From an uncultured Erysipelotrichaceae bacterium (lineage in GTDB: Bacteria; Bacillota_I; Bacilli_A; Erysipelotrichales; Erysipelotrichaceae): a stretch of DNA of 40,129 nt. The stretch is taken from contig CAZQJH010000001.1 of the NCBI GenBank assembly GCA_964593515.1, positions 1 to 40,129 on the forward strand. The letters run 5' to 3'. Positions 40,103-40,129 of this stretch are shown piece after piece (positions within the stretch are counted from its first letter, which is position 1; every line of letters begins with the position of its first letter). A model generated the notes under the pieces. It saw nothing but the letters and a program-made list of their open reading frames with translations, ran no database searches and was not told the origin of the DNA. Position numbers and translations under genes: made by a program.

Positions 40103-40129
40103 ATATAGTTTAATATATCATTATAAATT

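Noticed and set aside
39171-40129. Treating the Rpn-like 'PDDEXK transposase' gene as a mobile element or insertion sequence.
   Set aside because: I see no terminal inverted repeats, target-site duplication or second transposition gene in the flanks (39055-39170 and 40053-40129). These contain only ordinary terminators. Family members are generally stand-alone chromosomal genes. The window ends at 40129, so the downstream context is unseen.

Overview
This window is 40.1 kb of low-GC chromosomal DNA with Gram-positive (Bacillota-type) gene order. It uses the standard genetic code: TGA terminates conserved genes such as ftsX, yybS and yycJ, so it is not Mollicutes code 4. About 36 of 39 genes are on the + strand, and the content is overwhelmingly housekeeping. 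In order: pta; a partial purine operon (purE-purL-purM-purN-purH) behind a structured leader with a terminator; a small orphan gene; mscL and a 446-aa orphan gene on the - strand; gpmI; a cold-shock gene; secA and prfB (with the classical +1 frameshift); a YitT-family gene; an unusual ftsX / M23 peptidase / ftsE / ftsX cluster; a Tim44-like membrane protein and an SPFH (YdjI-like) protein with three zinc ribbons; ispD; a MATE exporter (- strand); two tandem zinc-ribbon membrane paralogs plus a DUF2085 gene; the origin-proximal block rpsF-ssb-rpsR / yybS-gdpP-rplI-dnaB / yycJ-like-rlmH; the str operon rpsL-rpsG-fusA-tuf; and an Rpn/YhgA-like PD-(D/E)XK nuclease gene. I saw no rRNA, tRNA, CRISPR array, IS element or prophage. 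I found no convincing novel multi-gene system such as a defence island. The most interesting items are: (i) the two-FtsX, one-FtsE cluster with a catalytically intact coiled-coil M23 peptidase; (ii) the adjacent Tim44-like and SPFH-3xZnR pair; (iii) a riboswitch-like purE attenuator that does not fit the canonical purine aptamer by eye; (iv) a Cys-rich 446-aa orphan next to mscL; and (v) the Rpn-like nuclease with a possible nested C-terminal ORF. All functional calls rest on motif and family recognition by eye. No database search was run.
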